A stretch of DNA of 64,000 nt, taken from the sequence record PV754031.1; one strand, written 5' to 3'. Made by a program: the position numbers and the translations under genes. Below are positions 1 to 9,421 of the stretch, piece after piece. Under the pieces are notes generated by a model. It did not search any database, was not told where the DNA came from, and saw only the letters and a list, made by a program, of their open reading frames with translations. Each line of letters begins with the position of its first letter. Within the stretch, counting starts at the first letter, position 1.

Positions 1-83
1 AAAATCCAAATAGTAAACTTCTTGAAGTAAGTATTAAACCTATTTGGTTACACCCTTCTATCCAAAAAGAAAGTTTCTATTTA

Positions 84-473
84 ATGTTTGATTGGGAAAA
101 GCTTTATACAAAAAATGAAGAGATGCGTATTTGTTGGAAGACAATACGTCACACTTTTTTCTATGGATTTCTAGGTTTGCTATTTGGCGGTAGTGCCAAT
201 GCAGATAACCTTGTATTAACTGAACGTGGATGTGACCAATATGAAGCAATGGTGAGAACTATTGCATCTAAAGCTTATATTGGATTAGATCCAGTTATGG
301 GTAGGGAATTCATTATTAATGATCCTGATATGTTAAATGCCCGTGAGAAAGCACAACGTAATACCCGTATCATTATCGATATGGTGGAAACTGGACAAGA
401 ACCCAAAGACATTGCATTATGGATGAATACTCAATGTAAACAAGAAGCAGTGTCAAATTTAATCAAACAGTGA
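84..473 (+). CDS. Hypothetical exported protein with two Cys
   Basis: 129 aa ORF; hydrophobic stretch ending in A-N-A (FFYGFLGLLFGGSANA); start may be the ATG at 123. Confidence 0.65.
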   Translation: MFDWEKLYTKNEEMRICWKTIRHTFFYGFLGLLFGGSANADNLVLTERGCDQYEAMVRTIASKAYIGLDPVMGREFIINDPDMLNAREKAQRNTRIIIDMVETGQEPKDIALWMNTQCKQEAVSNLIKQ

Positions 474-486
474 AAAAGGCATAGAT

Positions 487-870
487 ATGAAAAGAAATTT
501 TGAAGATGATCACGTGGTAATGGCAGTGGAAGTATATGAGAAACTGAAAGAAGCTGCTGCTTATTCATTACACTCTTCTGAAATTAGTAAGATCGAACGA
601 CATATGCGTAAGTTTAATCGTGTTCAACGCGATAAACATATTGAAAATATGCGTATGGAAATGCTTGAGAAACGCGAGGCTATTAGAAAAGCAAAATCTT
701 TCTTTTCTCAAAATGCCGGTAAAATTGGTTGCGTAGTAGATAGGCTTGTCAAAGTATGTGAAGTGTATAAAATGGATAAGTCTATGGTGGTTGTTGAGTT
801 TCTCCAACATAAATCTAAAATTAAAGTTCCAGTAAATCCTGAAAAAATTACTATTCTTACCATTAAATAA
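487..870 (+). CDS. Hypothetical protein
   Basis: 127 aa ORF with RBS (AAAGG), co-oriented in operon. Confidence 0.7.
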   Translation: MKRNFEDDHVVMAVEVYEKLKEAAAYSLHSSEISKIERHMRKFNRVQRDKHIENMRMEMLEKREAIRKAKSFFSQNAGKIGCVVDRLVKVCEVYKMDKSMVVVEFLQHKSKIKVPVNPEKITILTIK

Positions 871-887
871 ATGAAGAAGGATTTAAA

Positions 888-1343
888 ATGAAAAATGTAA
901 TTGCAGCAGCTTTCGCTGGTCTCATTGCCATTACCGGTATCATGTTCAATACCGCAATGGCTGAAATCAAGATTGGTAAAAAAGATGCTCAACTCACTGT
1001 GCAGTCGTGTGCAATGGTTGAAACCATTACTAAACAAGCTGTATTTCGAATGAGTGAAGGTCATAGCGCAGATGAAGTTGGTGTGCTTATGCTCAACAAC
1101 TCTGCTAAACTCAAAGATGAGTTGGATACCAATAATTGGATTGCGTTAACATTCGTATTCAATAGTCTTAATAAAATCAATAATGACCTTAACAGTAAAG
1201 AGATCCATGATTATATCCGTAGTCAAGGTTACAATGTGACTACTCCTAATCTGGCAGCTTTTATCAGCGGGTATTATGGCAATTACTGCATGAAGCATAT
1301 TGGTGAGAAATTCACTCACATGGTAATTGTTGAACTTATTTAA
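888..1343 (+). CDS. Hypothetical exported protein (signal peptide, two Cys)
   Basis: MKNVIAAAFAGLIAITGIMFNTAMA signal-peptide pattern; AAGGA RBS. Confidence 0.75.
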   Translation: MKNVIAAAFAGLIAITGIMFNTAMAEIKIGKKDAQLTVQSCAMVETITKQAVFRMSEGHSADEVGVLMLNNSAKLKDELDTNNWIALTFVFNSLNKINNDLNSKEIHDYIRSQGYNVTTPNLAAFISGYYGNYCMKHIGEKFTHMVIVELI

Positions 1344-1375
1344 TTCATATCGAATACTTTCAAAAGGAAAATAGG

Positions 1376-1753
1376 ATGAAATACGTCTTCTCGCTCATTA
1401 TCACTATGGTAGCAATGTCGGTTAATGCACAACCCGTAACCGTGTCATCTTGCTACGTGCTGCACAGCTTGGCAAAGAATATGGTTCAATTCTACACTAA
1501 TGGCGGTGAGCCATTGGAGATGTATGCAATACTGCAAGATGAACTATCCATTGCCATAGATAAAAACCAGAGTGATAAGGCACTCGCTATTAATATCGCA
1601 TTGGATAATGTCGATGTAATATACCAAAATCTCACTGATCCCGCACTTAAGCTTTTGGCAAAGAGCGAGGGAAGTGATCTTGGTGAGATGCTGACTGAAA
1701 AACTCAGTAATGGGTGTTTCAATATAGTCGGCGAGGAGTTGTATGATAACTAG
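1376..1753 (+). CDS. Hypothetical exported protein (signal peptide, two Cys)
   Basis: MKYVFSLIITMVAMSVNA signal-peptide pattern. Confidence 0.75.
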   Translation: MKYVFSLIITMVAMSVNAQPVTVSSCYVLHSLAKNMVQFYTNGGEPLEMYAILQDELSIAIDKNQSDKALAINIALDNVDVIYQNLTDPALKLLAKSEGSDLGEMLTEKLSNGCFNIVGEELYDN

Positions 1754-1982
1754 AATCATCCTAATTGTTGCATGGGTATGGGTAATCTCTCTTATGGGAA
1801 TGATTACGTATGTTCTTTATGATACGTATCAATTTCGTAAGAAATTAGAAATGCCTGTTGTAGAATGGGAAGATAAGGCGAAGGACACTCCTGTTAAGAA
1901 GTGTCCAGATGAAGTATTATTCGCTGAAGACCCAAAGGATGGCAAACTCAAAATGGGATGCCCTGAGAGTTATAAGAAATAA
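1743..1982 (+). CDS. Small membrane-anchored protein
   Basis: N-terminal TM segment, C-terminal Cys pair. Confidence 0.7.
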   Translation: MITRIILIVAWVWVISLMGMITYVLYDTYQFRKKLEMPVVEWEDKAKDTPVKKCPDEVLFAEDPKDGKLKMGCPESYKK

Positions 1983-1984
1983 TT

Positions 1985-2008
1985 AGAGGACCTTCGGGTC
2001 CTCTTTTT
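1985..2008 (+). terminator. Intrinsic terminator
   Basis: AGAGGACC-TTCG-GGTCCTCT followed by TTTT. Confidence 0.85.
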
Positions 2009-2064
2009 AACCGACTGGACGGTTAAAACTAGGTGGGATAAATTAAACTATTTGAGGAAATCTA

Positions 2065-2172
2065 ATGCAACTTAGTAATGAACTTTTCTATGTGGGTATG
2101 GTAGCTGTATCAATGTCAATCGGTATGCTATTTAGCTATATTTACCACACTCATAAGAAAAAATATAAATAA
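2065..2172 (+). CDS. 35 aa single-TM protein (not in ORF track)
   Basis: GAGGA RBS; [35 protein letters not shown]. Confidence 0.6.
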   Translation: MQLSNELFYVGMVAVSMSIGMLFSYIYHTHKKKYK

Positions 2173-2181
2173 AGTCATAAA

Positions 2182-2206
2182 CCCTCTCCCAAAGGAGAGG
2201 GCTTTT
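2182..2206 (+). terminator. Intrinsic terminator (CCCTCC family)
   Basis: CCCTCTCC-CAAA-GGAGAGGG-CTTTT. Confidence 0.8.
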
Positions 2207-2214
2207 ACATTAAA

Positions 2215-2236
2215 TTTTTTTTGAAATCTATATTAC
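2215..2236 (+). promoter_or_regulatory. phiKZ-type early promoter
   Basis: TATATTAC at 2229-2236 with T-rich upstream; matches the known phiKZ early motif. Confidence 0.7.
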
Positions 2237-2275
2237 ACTAATACAACATTAAACTATTAAATAGGTAATTAAAAA

Positions 2276-2650
2276 ATGAATGAAAATATTAAACGCTCAT
2301 TTATTGGTATGCCACTGTCTATCAATATTGGTAAAGATATTGATTTATCAATGTATGAACGAATTGTATTTGTATCACAAGTAGATAAAAATGATATAAA
2401 ATACTTTGTTTATAAATTAAATAAATCCAAATTTAAACATGAACCAAATGTAGTTAATTACGCCGAAACAGATAAGGATATTATTATTTATCCCCCGCTT
2501 GATTTCATTCAGACAATTAATGAATATTATCGAGTATCATTGGAAAATGAATTTATGTGTCATCCTGTTATTCTAAAAGCAGATGATAGTAATAATCAAG
2601 AAGTATTTTTGAAAACTATTAAAATGGTACATGAGTATGTCGATGAATAA
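2276..2650 (+). CDS. Hypothetical protein
   Basis: 124 aa ORF just downstream of early promoter. Confidence 0.7.
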   Translation: MNENIKRSFIGMPLSINIGKDIDLSMYERIVFVSQVDKNDIKYFVYKLNKSKFKHEPNVVNYAETDKDIIIYPPLDFIQTINEYYRVSLENEFMCHPVILKADDSNNQEVFLKTIKMVHEYVDE

Positions 2651-3098
2651 CTGCGCATTTATTAATTTAAGGCAACGTTTAGTTAATGATAAACTAACCT
2701 ATGTGATTCATCCCATAGTGAAGGTTTATGATTTCACTAGAAAGGCTATTAGACAATTAACTGATTTTGCTATTTTAGATAGTTATAACTTCCCAGAGGA
2801 AACTTCCAATATTAGTGTTCAGCCAACTATCACAGATGATACTAATAATAGAAATTCTTTGATACATCTTGGGGTTATAGAAGAGCCTGATTTTGGACCA
2901 ACTAGATTATACGCCATCTTAGATAGAGAAATCAAAGATGATTCTAATCTAATTGAAACAACTGATGATGGCTGGTATACATTGGATGAGTTAATTCTAG
3001 TTGAAGACGATATGGATGAATTCGCGCGACTTATTGTTCAGTACTTGCGAACTATTCCGAGGAAGCCACAATGGTTAACTTCGACAAAAGATGTTTAG
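2631..3098 (+). CDS. Hypothetical protein, weak resemblance to a degenerate Nudix fold
   Basis: TDDTNNRNSLIHLGVI ... GWYTLDEL pattern by eye; no Nudix box. Confidence 0.55.
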   Translation: MSMSMNNCAFINLRQRLVNDKLTYVIHPIVKVYDFTRKAIRQLTDFAILDSYNFPEETSNISVQPTITDDTNNRNSLIHLGVIEEPDFGPTRLYAILDREIKDDSNLIETTDDGWYTLDELILVEDDMDEFARLIVQYLRTIPRKPQWLTSTKDV

Positions 3099-3301
3099 AA
3101 ATAGAGCCTAATCAGTTAGGTTATGTATTTACAAAGATCGGTTGGGAAATATGTGTTACTATTGGCATACGACATATATGTGCTAAAACCTATTATACAG
3201 TGTATTCACTTAATGATAAATGCATTTATTACATTGAGCATTCAGCGCAATTTACTAAACGCATAAAACCAAACTATATACAAAGGTTTCATGTTCTATG
3301 A
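3071..3301 (+). CDS. Hypothetical protein
   Basis: 76 aa ORF, ATGA overlap with next gene. Confidence 0.5.
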   Translation: MVNFDKRCLEIEPNQLGYVFTKIGWEICVTIGIRHICAKTYYTVYSLNDKCIYYIEHSAQFTKRIKPNYIQRFHVL

Positions 3302-3984
3302 TCAATACAACCGATAAAACTATAGTTGGTATAGGATTTGAAACAAAGGTTTCAGATTCACCGATTGAACAACCTGTAAAGAAAACTAAGACTCCTAAGA
3401 TAAATAAACAAAAAGAATGGGAGAAAGTAGATGATCCGAGAGAATATACAAAAGAGGAACAAACTTCTCTCTTTGTAAATTGGCTTCAAAGCACACGTAA
3501 TTACTGGCATAAACAGTATACCGATACTCAAAATACAGATAAGGCACTATCTATCAGAGATATGCTTGATGGATTTATATATAGCATCGCAGCTGGCCTA
3601 GATGGCAATGATCCAAATATACCCGGATTCAAACTTATACCTAATGTTACTCAAGAGGATATTGACTACCTAATAAGTATTGGTGAGAATTATTGGCCAG
3701 TAAACCCAGTTGAAAATTTAAAAGATAATATCCGTGCAAAGTGTGATGCAGTTGATATTTCTGGTAATCTACGTTATCAAGTTTCTAAGACATTTACGGA
3801 ACCTTTCAAAGGACCACATGCACTATTGAACCATTTCCTTAGTTTAGCAGGTGAGAAACCTGTTAAGTATTACTCGGGTAATTTTACGCAAGAGCAACTT
3901 GCTATGTTAGTAGAAAAAGCTAAAGAAAAAGCGGAAAAGATACAATCACAAATAGCTGATGATATCAGTCGAATAATGCGTTAA
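3298..3984 (+). CDS. Hypothetical protein, paralog of 4029..4403
   Basis: Shared LDGN-x4-P-x-F-x-LIP-x-V motif. Confidence 0.75.
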   Translation: MINTTDKTIVGIGFETKVSDSPIEQPVKKTKTPKINKQKEWEKVDDPREYTKEEQTSLFVNWLQSTRNYWHKQYTDTQNTDKALSIRDMLDGFIYSIAAGLDGNDPNIPGFKLIPNVTQEDIDYLISIGENYWPVNPVENLKDNIRAKCDAVDISGNLRYQVSKTFTEPFKGPHALLNHFLSLAGEKPVKYYSGNFTQEQLAMLVEKAKEKAEKIQSQIADDISRIMR

Positions 3985-4028
3985 TGAACTAATAAATTTA
4001 TAAGCTACTGATAACAAGGTATGTAATT

Positions 4029-4403
4029 ATGATCTATTTTGAAGGCGATGGTAATGTTAAACCTGTAACACAGGAACAAGTTAAAGAACTATTTATTAGT
4101 AGTGTTGTCAATATGCGTGATAATGCTATCAATAACTCTAAACTTGATCAATTTACAGAGCCAGCTGATCGGGACAGGGCTGTAGCAGATAGTGTCATTA
4201 CAGGCATGCTAGATATACTAGATGGCAATAATGACGATTGCCCAGCGTTTCATTTAATTCCAGCAGTTGGTGAGGAAGAATATTTAGCGGCTGTAGAAGC
4301 AGGTGCTGATTATATCCCTTATGATGATGGTAGTGATAATTATCAACCATTAGATTTAGCTGGTGAACTACGAGATTATTTTATCTTTGTTAATAGGGGT
4401 TAA
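4029..4403 (+). CDS. Hypothetical protein, paralog of 3298..3984
   Basis: LDGNNDDCPAFHLIPAV versus LDGNDPNIPGFKLIPNV. Confidence 0.75.
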   Translation: MIYFEGDGNVKPVTQEQVKELFISSVVNMRDNAINNSKLDQFTEPADRDRAVADSVITGMLDILDGNNDDCPAFHLIPAVGEEEYLAAVEAGADYIPYDDGSDNYQPLDLAGELRDYFIFVNRG

Positions 4404-4405
4404 TA

Positions 4406-4840
4406 ATGGCTGATATAGTAATTGCACTAATCCTGTCAGCAATTATTGTTTATCTAATTAATATTTTTAAACACCCAAAAATAATTTATGCCAATAGTGT
4501 AAATGATAATGTCTTCATTGTTACTGGTTGCTCTTATATATCTGAAAATAATGAAGATGGTACATTAACAACTTTTTCACCTAAATTAAATAATAGGTTA
4601 ATAATTGATTTAACTAAAGGTCAACCCAATAAAGACTTTTATATTTCAGTATTAGATAACACACTTAAATTCCATCACACTGTTGATGAAATCATCACAG
4701 CTAATAAATGGGAAGCTTTATTTAAAATTAGCATAACCAAAGAGGATGTGTGTATCTCAGGAATGTCTCTTAAAAATAAACACATTAAATGTAATTTACA
4801 CTGGGTTATAGTACCAGGTAAAATGGCGAATAAATTGTAA
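4406..4840 (+). CDS. Hypothetical protein with N-terminal TM anchor
   Basis: IVIALILSAIIVYLI segment. Confidence 0.7.
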   Translation: MADIVIALILSAIIVYLINIFKHPKIIYANSVNDNVFIVTGCSYISENNEDGTLTTFSPKLNNRLIIDLTKGQPNKDFYISVLDNTLKFHHTVDEIITANKWEALFKISITKEDVCISGMSLKNKHIKCNLHWVIVPGKMANKL

Positions 4841-4853
4841 TAGTTATTATATT

Positions 4854-4890
4854 GCCCTCCCATTGCGGGAGGGCTTATATTTTATTTTTT
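4854..4890 (+). terminator. Intrinsic terminator (CCCTCC family)
   Basis: GCCCTCCC-ATTGC-GGGAGGGC then T-rich tail. Confidence 0.8.
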
Positions 4891-4899
4891 TGTATTTAA

Positions 4900-4921
4900 A
4901 GCATTTTAAACAGTATATTAC
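4900..4921 (+). promoter_or_regulatory. Early promoter
   Basis: CATTTTAAACAG-TATATTAC (core 4914-4921). Confidence 0.8.
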
Positions 4922-4964
4922 AAATGTGATAAAACTATCTAAATTTCAAATAGGTAAATCAATT

Positions 4965-5324
4965 ATGTTGGATTATGCTTTGGAAAAGTGTCGCGAGATC
5001 CCTTATGTAAAACATCGTCAACGTGTTTATTCAGTCATTACTGATAAGCGTGGCAGGATTATTAGTGAAAGCCAAAATATGTATGGTAAAACACATCCTG
5101 TTCAGAAACGTTATTCTCTAAAAGCAGGATTGTCTGATCTACGTTGTGAGATGCATAGTGAGTTGCGTTCTATCATCCTCTCCAAAGGAAAAGGATATAG
5201 GATCTATGTTGCGCGGGTCGGTGCTGATGGCAGGCCATTGGATGCGTATCCGTGCCCCACTTGTCAGATGGCAATTAATGACCATGGTAAATTAAAAGAG
5301 GTAATTGTATCTATTGGTAAATAA
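4965..5324 (+). CDS. Zn-dependent cytidine/dCMP deaminase-fold protein
   Basis: H-S-E (MHSEL) and P-C-x-x-C (YPCPTCQ) motifs; real start at 4965, since the 4863 extension crosses a terminator and promoter. Confidence 0.7.
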   Translation: MLDYALEKCREIPYVKHRQRVYSVITDKRGRIISESQNMYGKTHPVQKRYSLKAGLSDLRCEMHSELRSIILSKGKGYRIYVARVGADGRPLDAYPCPTCQMAINDHGKLKEVIVSIGK

Positions 5325-5377
5325 TAAACCATCAAAACGCGTATTAAAATTTATTTAACTCACGGGGAACTGATACG

Positions 5378-5722
5378 ATGACTCTTGGTATTTCAAAATC
5401 TCTTTTGGAAAATGCAATCAAAACTCTTCAAATAGAAACTGGCAATTGCTCTATTCCGACCAAAAATGAAATTCATGCAATGTTGGTTGAACGGCAAGCC
5501 AATGAAGTCTGTGCGGGTATTCGGAGAAAGATGCTTGAAGACCTACCTGGTTTCAACAACTTCCATTTTATTCGCAGTTATGAAATTGTTGTCGAACATA
5601 AGGATGAAATTGCTCCATCTGTAATGAAGGTTGTTAAAGCACGATTGCGTGAAGCGGGCTGGAAAAAAGTCGAGTTCGGTGAGCACGATTGCGGTATTAC
5701 AAAGATTAGGATTAAGCTATGA
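5378..5722 (+). CDS. Hypothetical protein
   Basis: 114 aa ORF, RBS GGGGA. Confidence 0.7.
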   Translation: MTLGISKSLLENAIKTLQIETGNCSIPTKNEIHAMLVERQANEVCAGIRRKMLEDLPGFNNFHFIRSYEIVVEHKDEIAPSVMKVVKARLREAGWKKVEFGEHDCGITKIRIKL

Positions 5723-6141
5723 AAAATACACGCTTAGTTGAAGTTGCTGAACATGCATATTGCCTGATTGGTGGACTTCCTAAACCAGAAGAAATGGATG
5801 AAGCAGAAAAAGAGTATTGGGCATCTGTACCAAGTGAGGATATTAAATTAGCTTCATATTGGAAAATGGTTCAACCACCACTATATGCCCTAGTGATGAA
5901 ATATAGTGGAATTGATTACGAAAGATTTTATCCTTATCCTGGTGGTCCTTCTCTTAACACTGACGAGCTAAAGACTTTCAGGCTCAATGATATCGATGAA
6001 GGTGCGCTTATTTGGCGTGATGTCTGCATTACTTGGTATAAACGACCAGGACGGTGTATGTGTGTTTCACGCGACATCGCAGATGATGAACTCGTGCAAC
6101 TTGAACAGGAACTCATTAAAGCTATCGCAAAACCGAAATAA
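5719..6141 (+). CDS. Hypothetical protein
   Basis: 140 aa ORF overlapping the previous stop. Confidence 0.7.
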   Translation: MKNTRLVEVAEHAYCLIGGLPKPEEMDEAEKEYWASVPSEDIKLASYWKMVQPPLYALVMKYSGIDYERFYPYPGGPSLNTDELKTFRLNDIDEGALIWRDVCITWYKRPGRCMCVSRDIADDELVQLEQELIKAIAKPK

Positions 6142-6192
6142 CTTATAAAAGAAGTTTAACAGATTTTTAATCCAACTAAAAGGAAATTGTAA

Positions 6193-6426
6193 ATGCAACA
6201 TGTAACTGTAAAAACTATGAACTCTGGACTGAAAGTCATTGATCTGGATGGTATCCGACTCAAAGACAAAAATATTATCCAGCTACGTTCTATTATGAAT
6301 CACGATGCAGCAAAGCAATCGTCAGCTTTTATGCATCACGATAGCCAGTTCAATAATGTACGTATTGAATTTTGGCGCGAACCATCAGCGCGAATTATCT
6401 CGCTGATTAAAGATGCGGTCGCATGA
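6193..6426 (+). CDS. Hypothetical protein
   Basis: 77 aa, AAAAGGAA RBS. Confidence 0.7.
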   Translation: MQHVTVKTMNSGLKVIDLDGIRLKDKNIIQLRSIMNHDAAKQSSAFMHHDSQFNNVRIEFWREPSARIISLIKDAVA

Positions 6427-6453
6427 CCGCTTTCTTTTAAGAAGGTAACTAAT

Positions 6454-6732
6454 ATGTCTATCTCTGATGTAGTATATGAAGCCGCTGTCAAAAGTGGTGT
6501 TAGTCTTGAACACCTTGGTAAAGAAGAGCCTATTCTAAAAATTCGCTCTGTTAAAGAAAGTGATGGATGGGATATCATCCTCTATTATCCTGGTAAGATT
6601 ACCAAGACTGTGAAACTACTATCAAGCGATGTAGCTGGGTCAGATGCATCAAAGTTTATTGAACATGTATTTGGAGATGTTCAATTTGCTAAAGAAGCAG
6701 TACGCAATGCTGAAGGCATTGTAATAAAATAA
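6454..6732 (+). CDS. Hypothetical protein
   Basis: 92 aa, AAGG RBS. Confidence 0.7.
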   Translation: MSISDVVYEAAVKSGVSLEHLGKEEPILKIRSVKESDGWDIILYYPGKITKTVKLLSSDVAGSDASKFIEHVFGDVQFAKEAVRNAEGIVIK

Positions 6733-6758
6733 TCAATCTGGAAAAAAAGGAAATATAA

Positions 6759-7178
6759 ATGTATATTGATGAAAAGTACTGGGCTCATTCTGTAAAAGCT
6801 ATGGATAACAAACATCCAGTTTTGATGAATGTGCATGGTCTTCATTGGTGTTCACCGTCTTTGGTTAATTGGAGCCTAACTGCCGTCAAACGCGATGGAT
6901 CACTTTCATCAAAAGAAGTGTTTGATATCACTAGCAAATATGCCAGCCATCTCATTGATCATGAAGTTAAAATCGTTAATGATCAATTGGTCTACCTGAT
7001 CAAAAATAATCTGATTAGTGGTATCACTGAGCTTGATGATGGTTTCTTTGTATTTGCAAATATTGACGGTGAATCATGGTCCATGCATGTTGTAATTGAA
7101 TGCTTGATGGAACATGAAGAAGATTGGGAAAAACTCGCTGCCGTTAAGTACAATGAGTTGACCATTTCTGCATTCTAA
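6759..7178 (+). CDS. Hypothetical protein
   Basis: 139 aa, AAAGGAA RBS. Confidence 0.7.
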   Translation: MYIDEKYWAHSVKAMDNKHPVLMNVHGLHWCSPSLVNWSLTAVKRDGSLSSKEVFDITSKYASHLIDHEVKIVNDQLVYLIKNNLISGITELDDGFFVFANIDGESWSMHVVIECLMEHEEDWEKLAAVKYNELTISAF

Positions 7179-7192
7179 TTAATTATGAAAAT

Positions 7193-7210
7193 GGGGGTCT
7201 TTAGACCCCC
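7193..7210 (+). terminator. Hairpin, probable terminator
   Basis: GGGGGTC-TTTA-GACCCCC. Confidence 0.65.
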
Positions 7211-7256
7211 TATCTATTTAATAGAATGAAACTAATCTTAATAATGGTGAATACTA

Positions 7257-7553
7257 ATGAATAAATATTACCATTTGAAGAAACAGAAGGATGCTACATG
7301 GACAATTGAATTTCTAGGAAAGATGCGTAATTTTAAATTCAACCATGTAACTAAAAATAAAAATAGTTGGGTTAGCATGGGTATTGAAGGTTATCCAGCA
7401 CTTAAATTTAACTGTGATGGATTTGGTAGATTAGAAAGTATTCAACCCATTGATGATGATTTAACCATCGATGAAATATTTATTCCACGTAAACATTCTG
7501 TTTCACAGTGTATCGATATAACAACACTTTATATGGGTGGTCAATGTGACTGA
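7257..7553 (+). CDS. Hypothetical protein
   Basis: 98 aa ORF. Confidence 0.65.
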   Translation: MNKYYHLKKQKDATWTIEFLGKMRNFKFNHVTKNKNSWVSMGIEGYPALKFNCDGFGRLESIQPIDDDLTIDEIFIPRKHSVSQCIDITTLYMGGQCD

Positions 7554-7983
7554 GATAATATTAGTTATTTTATCATTGTTTGTTCTTTCAGTCATAACCG
7601 GCTATTGTATAACCCGGTTAGAGAAAACCGAAGATATAGCCTATTATGTTAAATCAATTACGTATTACTTAGGTGAACCCGGTGATACATTTTTTAATAG
7701 TGAACCCAAGGTAATACAGCTGGATAACCCTGTAAAACTAGTTTTCACTAATGAACCAGTTCAAATAAAAACACTTTATTTAGACCTAGATAAGAAAGAA
7801 TTATATCTTAATCACCCCGAACATGCTTGTATTGTAATGCGTGTTATTTTCTTTTTAAATTATCATAACCAGAAAAAACTCATCGGTTATTCAGATGAGT
7901 ACTATCATGACAATGAGTATGTTGATAGTGAGTTTGATATGGTCATAAAGAAAATTAGTGTAGAATGCTATAAAGGTTTATAA
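7537..7983 (+). CDS. Hypothetical protein with N-terminal TM anchor
   Basis: IILVILSLFVLSVITGYCI segment. Confidence 0.7.
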   Translation: MVNVTEIILVILSLFVLSVITGYCITRLEKTEDIAYYVKSITYYLGEPGDTFFNSEPKVIQLDNPVKLVFTNEPVQIKTLYLDLDKKELYLNHPEHACIVMRVIFFLNYHNQKKLIGYSDEYYHDNEYVDSEFDMVIKKISVECYKGL

Positions 7984-8019
7984 TGGTCAATTTTATAGAC
8001 CATCAATTAGGAGTTAATA

Positions 8020-8451
8020 ATGAGTGTTCTACAACCGCTAGGAAGTTTCCCAGTATATAAGAAAACTAATGGTGAAACTCGATTTCTATTAGACCATGAT
8101 GTTGCTATCAGTATGGTTACAACTGAGCAAGGTAGTTTTATGACAGCCCCATTAAAAACAGATGGGGTAGAGTTTAATCTATCTGAAGTCTTTGGTGATT
8201 ATAAAAAATTCGATAATGTGATTGTAGATAAACTCTACTATCGTGATTTATCTGGTAAAATGCAGTCTAAAAAAGTACCAACTATCCCACAGCTTTATAA
8301 AGACATGACTGTATTTAAAAGTGGGTATACCACTAAAATAAATAACCTTCGCTGGGGTTATTGTGTAACTATTAAAAATGATGGTACAGCTAAAATTTGG
8401 ACAGATTCAAATAGTCCTATTTGTGGTGTGTCAATTCGTTTCACAATGTAA
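8020..8451 (+). CDS. Hypothetical protein
   Basis: 143 aa, AGGAG RBS. Confidence 0.7.
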   Translation: MSVLQPLGSFPVYKKTNGETRFLLDHDVAISMVTTEQGSFMTAPLKTDGVEFNLSEVFGDYKKFDNVIVDKLYYRDLSGKMQSKKVPTIPQLYKDMTVFKSGYTTKINNLRWGYCVTIKNDGTAKIWTDSNSPICGVSIRFTM

Positions 8452-8461
8452 CGTCATAATG

Positions 8462-8486
8462 GCCTCCCTTCGGGGAGGCTTTTATA
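8462..8486 (+). terminator. Intrinsic terminator (CCTCCC family)
   Basis: GCCTCCC-TTCG-GGGAGGC-TTTTAT. Confidence 0.85.
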
Positions 8487-8513
8487 TCCCTTTATATAAA
8501 CAGGCATATTCAA

Positions 8514-8816
8514 ATGAAAATGAATAATAAGGTAATTGACTCGGCGTCGTATATGTTGGATAATACTGATAAATTCATAAGTGCTGTTTTCTCTGGTGAA
8601 GATCGATACATCGATGCATGTGCTGGTCTAGTTGTAGCACATGGGGATAAAACTGAACAGTATCGTTATATCTGGGAAGAAGCTGGACTGGACTTTAATA
8701 AAGCCCAGGTAATATATTTTCTAACGTACACCAAGTTACTAGGTGATACTCCTAAACATATGTCATGCCAATGGGTTATCGATAACTATAATAAATATAG
8801 CAAACTATTGCCTTAA
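8514..8816 (+). CDS. Hypothetical protein
   Basis: 100 aa ORF. Confidence 0.7.
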   Translation: MKMNNKVIDSASYMLDNTDKFISAVFSGEDRYIDACAGLVVAHGDKTEQYRYIWEEAGLDFNKAQVIYFLTYTKLLGDTPKHMSCQWVIDNYNKYSKLLP

Positions 8817-8901
8817 TACGGGGTAATAGTTTATTATAATAAAATTTAAAGTTATATAACAACTATACCAAATAAAATAAATATTATCTGAGGTATCACA
8901 A

Positions 8902-9054
8902 ATGGAAGGAATGAAATATGTAGCATTGTTTCTAGTTATAGCAGTTTTAAGTAGTATGCTAATTGGCATTAATAAAATTATCAGTATAGGTGATATCGAT
9001 GGATACCGATCAGAAAAAGAAAGAATCACCGAAATTCAATCCTATCATAAATAG
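8902..9054 (+). CDS. 50 aa single-TM protein (not in ORF track)
   Basis: GAGGT RBS; MEGMKYVALFLVIAVLSSMLIGINK... Confidence 0.55.
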   Translation: MEGMKYVALFLVIAVLSSMLIGINKIISIGDIDGYRSEKERITEIQSYHK

Positions 9055-9110
9055 TATCTTTAACAAGTCATGGCTGACTGAAGAGAAGAGTTGCAAAGAG
9101 GTAAAAAGAA

Positions 9111-9413
9111 ATGAGTTCAACAGTGAGCTGTCTAGCAAACGCGCTAGCTAATGGTATTAGTCTTATCGCTAAGAATAAAGTTCAAGTAGGTATGATTCTA
9201 CAAGCAACACAAGACATATGGATCATGAGAACCTGTAAAAAGAATGGTTATTTAGAATGGAAGTTTGCTAATGAAGGTGATGACCTAACCGTATTAGGTG
9301 TTGATGAGGGTAATCCCGAAGGCGGCTTTAGAGTTTTAAATGCCGACAATTATAATCAAATTGAAACTGTACAATGTACAGATATGGATGATATTCTTCA
9401 CGCCTATAACTGA
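9111..9413 (+). CDS. Hypothetical protein (SH3-like barrel pattern)
   Basis: 100 aa, GAGG RBS. Confidence 0.7.
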   Translation: MSSTVSCLANALANGISLIAKNKVQVGMILQATQDIWIMRTCKKNGYLEWKFANEGDDLTVLGVDEGNPEGGFRVLNADNYNQIETVQCTDMDDILHAYN

Positions 9414-9421
9414 GGTGATAT

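Noticed and set aside
4863-4964. N-terminal extension of the deaminase ORF
   Set aside because: It spans a terminator and an early promoter; the real start is 4965.
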